A stretch of DNA of 63,420 nt, filler included, from Trichomonas gallinae (lineage: Eukaryota), in assembly GCA_008369845.1 (NCBI GenBank). It is 4 parts of 4 records of this genome, joined end to end, with 100 filler letters (N's around TTAATTAATTAA, not from the genome) between each part and the next. Parts side by side here need not be neighbours in the genome. Positions count along the whole stretch, not along the records: positions 60,736 to 63,420 come from MRSU01001013.1; 3 more parts are not named here. The stretch is one strand, 5' to 3'. Shown in pieces: positions 61,883 to 63,420 of the stretch (within the stretch, counting starts at the first letter, position 1; each line of letters starts with the position of its first letter). The translations under genes were made by a program, and so were the position numbers. The notes under the pieces were generated by a model, which saw only the letters and a program-made list of their open reading frames with translations, made no database searches and was not told the DNA's origin.

Positions 61883-62281
61883 ATGCTAAAAAAGGAAGAA
61901 ATTGATTTTGTTCAAAAAATCATGTCTGACCTTGATAAAAAGAAAATATCGATTCCATTTCAGAAGCCTGTAGATCCTGATAGAGATAATTGTCCAGATT
62001 ATTTCGAAGTTATAAAAAATCCGATGTGTATTGATGTTGTTAAGCAAAAACTATCTGCTGGTCAATACATAACGTTCACAGACTGGATTCATGATATTGA
62101 CTTGATTTGGAACAATGCACAAAATTATAATTCGAAATATTCTCCCGTTTTTCTCATGGCAAAAGATATTCAGTTATGGTTTTGGAAAAAACTTGAAACG
62201 GCGCCAAAAAACGAAGATTCAAATTGGTTATCAGATATCAACACATTAACAAAGAAAATTCAAACTCTTCTATCATCATAA
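61883..62281 (+). CDS. Stand-alone bromodomain protein
   Basis: PFQKPVDP...CPDYFEVIKNPMCI...DIDLIWNNAQNYN with the conserved acetyl-lysine-binding Asn. Confidence 0.92.
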   Translation: MLKKEEIDFVQKIMSDLDKKKISIPFQKPVDPDRDNCPDYFEVIKNPMCIDVVKQKLSAGQYITFTDWIHDIDLIWNNAQNYNSKYSPVFLMAKDIQLWFWKKLETAPKNEDSNWLSDINTLTKKIQTLLSS

Positions 62282-62870
62282 CGAATTATACTCTGTTAAT
62301 GCTTCTATACAGCATTAGACATTCATGATTTAGAGTTGAATCTGAATAATCAAAGTATTTTTCGTATTTTGGAAGTCAACAGATCTATATAGGATTCGAA
62401 TACAATTAAATGAAGAATATGAAGCTCAAGTATCAATATCATTACTACAAATGAAAAGAAATACAGATTATTTTATATACATTGCAGAAGATTAATGATA
62501 ACAATAATAGTTTCACTTTTTGTCAATAAATACTATGTCTAACTTAACAATTTTATCAGAAAAAAATATAATTTAGGAAAATGCTGGCCTACTTAAGATT
62601 TGGCTCTAAAACATCAAGATTAAAGTTGTATCTAACCAATCAATTCCACATCATTACATCCATCTGCATAAAAAAAATGAATTAAAATGTTTACCAACCA
62701 GCCAACAATTATTATCTATCATGAATAAAATATAACTACTGTTAAAGTAAAATAGACGTCTTTCGCATTTTCGAAATTCAATAATAGAATCAACTATTGG
62801 GATATTTTTCATTTGATTTTGAGTTCATCATGAGTAGAAAAATATGTCACTTCATTTTTTATTTTGCAAG

Positions 62871-63386
62871 ATGATGAAGTCAATCATTGAGTCCATCAAA
62901 AATCAAAATGTGAAGGTGGATGACCATACAATTAATAAAAATATTGGAGCAATGAAAAAAATGCAAAGGGTTAAAGCAAAATGGTTTAATTTCTACTAAA
63001 TATATAGTATTTTAAATCCCTTCGCAAGAGAAAACGATTTCATTGATATAAATTTTGCTGTTAAAGAGGAATTCTGCAATGTGAAAAAAAGATATGGCGA
63101 GACTATCTTTGTTTGCTCGATCGAAAAATGTAATTTTCAGCTTGCTCGTCTTATCATAGAATTTGGTGTAAATAGCAATTATAATCAAACAATCAACAAT
63201 GATTCCGACTTGATCAAATATATTCTCAAAAATCAACATTTTGATGTTAATGAAGCTTTGATGTGGGCTTCATATTATAATCTTGCTGAAATTGTCAAAA
63301 TCCTTATCACAGTTCCTGGAATAGATGTCAACACAAAAGACAATAAAGAAGTGATTCAACTCGATTTTTTGCGAATTTCGAACTAA
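62871..63386 (+). pseudogene. Ankyrin-family pseudogene (N-terminal region + truncated repeat)
   Basis: Inr TCACTT/TCATTT at ~62848, ATG 62871, early stop at ~62997. Then ENDFIDINFAVKEE...NFQLARLIIEFG...ALMWASYYNLAEIVKILITVPGIDVNTKD. Confidence 0.7.
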
Positions 63387-63420
63387 TTTTGTGATAATTA
63401 GAATTGTTGATATGTGTGAT

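Noticed and set aside
1..63420. Spliceosomal introns, tRNA/rRNA genes and intact Maverick or mariner elements
   Set aside because: I saw no ACTAACACACAG-type intron ends, cloverleafs, rRNA motifs or intact transposase/integrase ORFs. Such repeats could be hidden in the three gaps.

Overview
AT-rich, intron-less, gene-dense eukaryotic DNA of a trichomonad (Trichomonas vaginalis or a close relative), judged from Inr (TCA+Y) and M2 (AAAAGTGAC) core-promoter motifs and from typical expanded families (BspA, ankyrin, glycine-rich, beta-helix, tubby-like). It spans four contigs joined by three artificial 100-bp gaps (44N-TTAATTAATTAA-44N). It holds about 30 protein genes. Recognisable products: CK2 beta, Atg18/WIPI, metacaspase, thioredoxin, Uso1/p115, Med14-like, EDRF1-like, Sds3/BRMS1-like, a stand-alone bromodomain, Sec23/24-like, and an apparently catalytically dead histidine acid phosphatase. 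A U5 spliceosomal snRNA sits unannotated at ~218-342 (-). Main points of interest: (1) an unexplained GC-rich ~100-nt three-hairpin block at 31527-31624 (candidate ncRNA); (2) a recurrent upstream motif TTTACATG(T/A)CA and other phased promoter arrays; (3) intergenic spacers filled with decayed gene fragments, including five same-strand relics of one ankyrin subfamily and an HMG box missing helix 2. All family assignments were made by eye from remembered motifs, not by database search.
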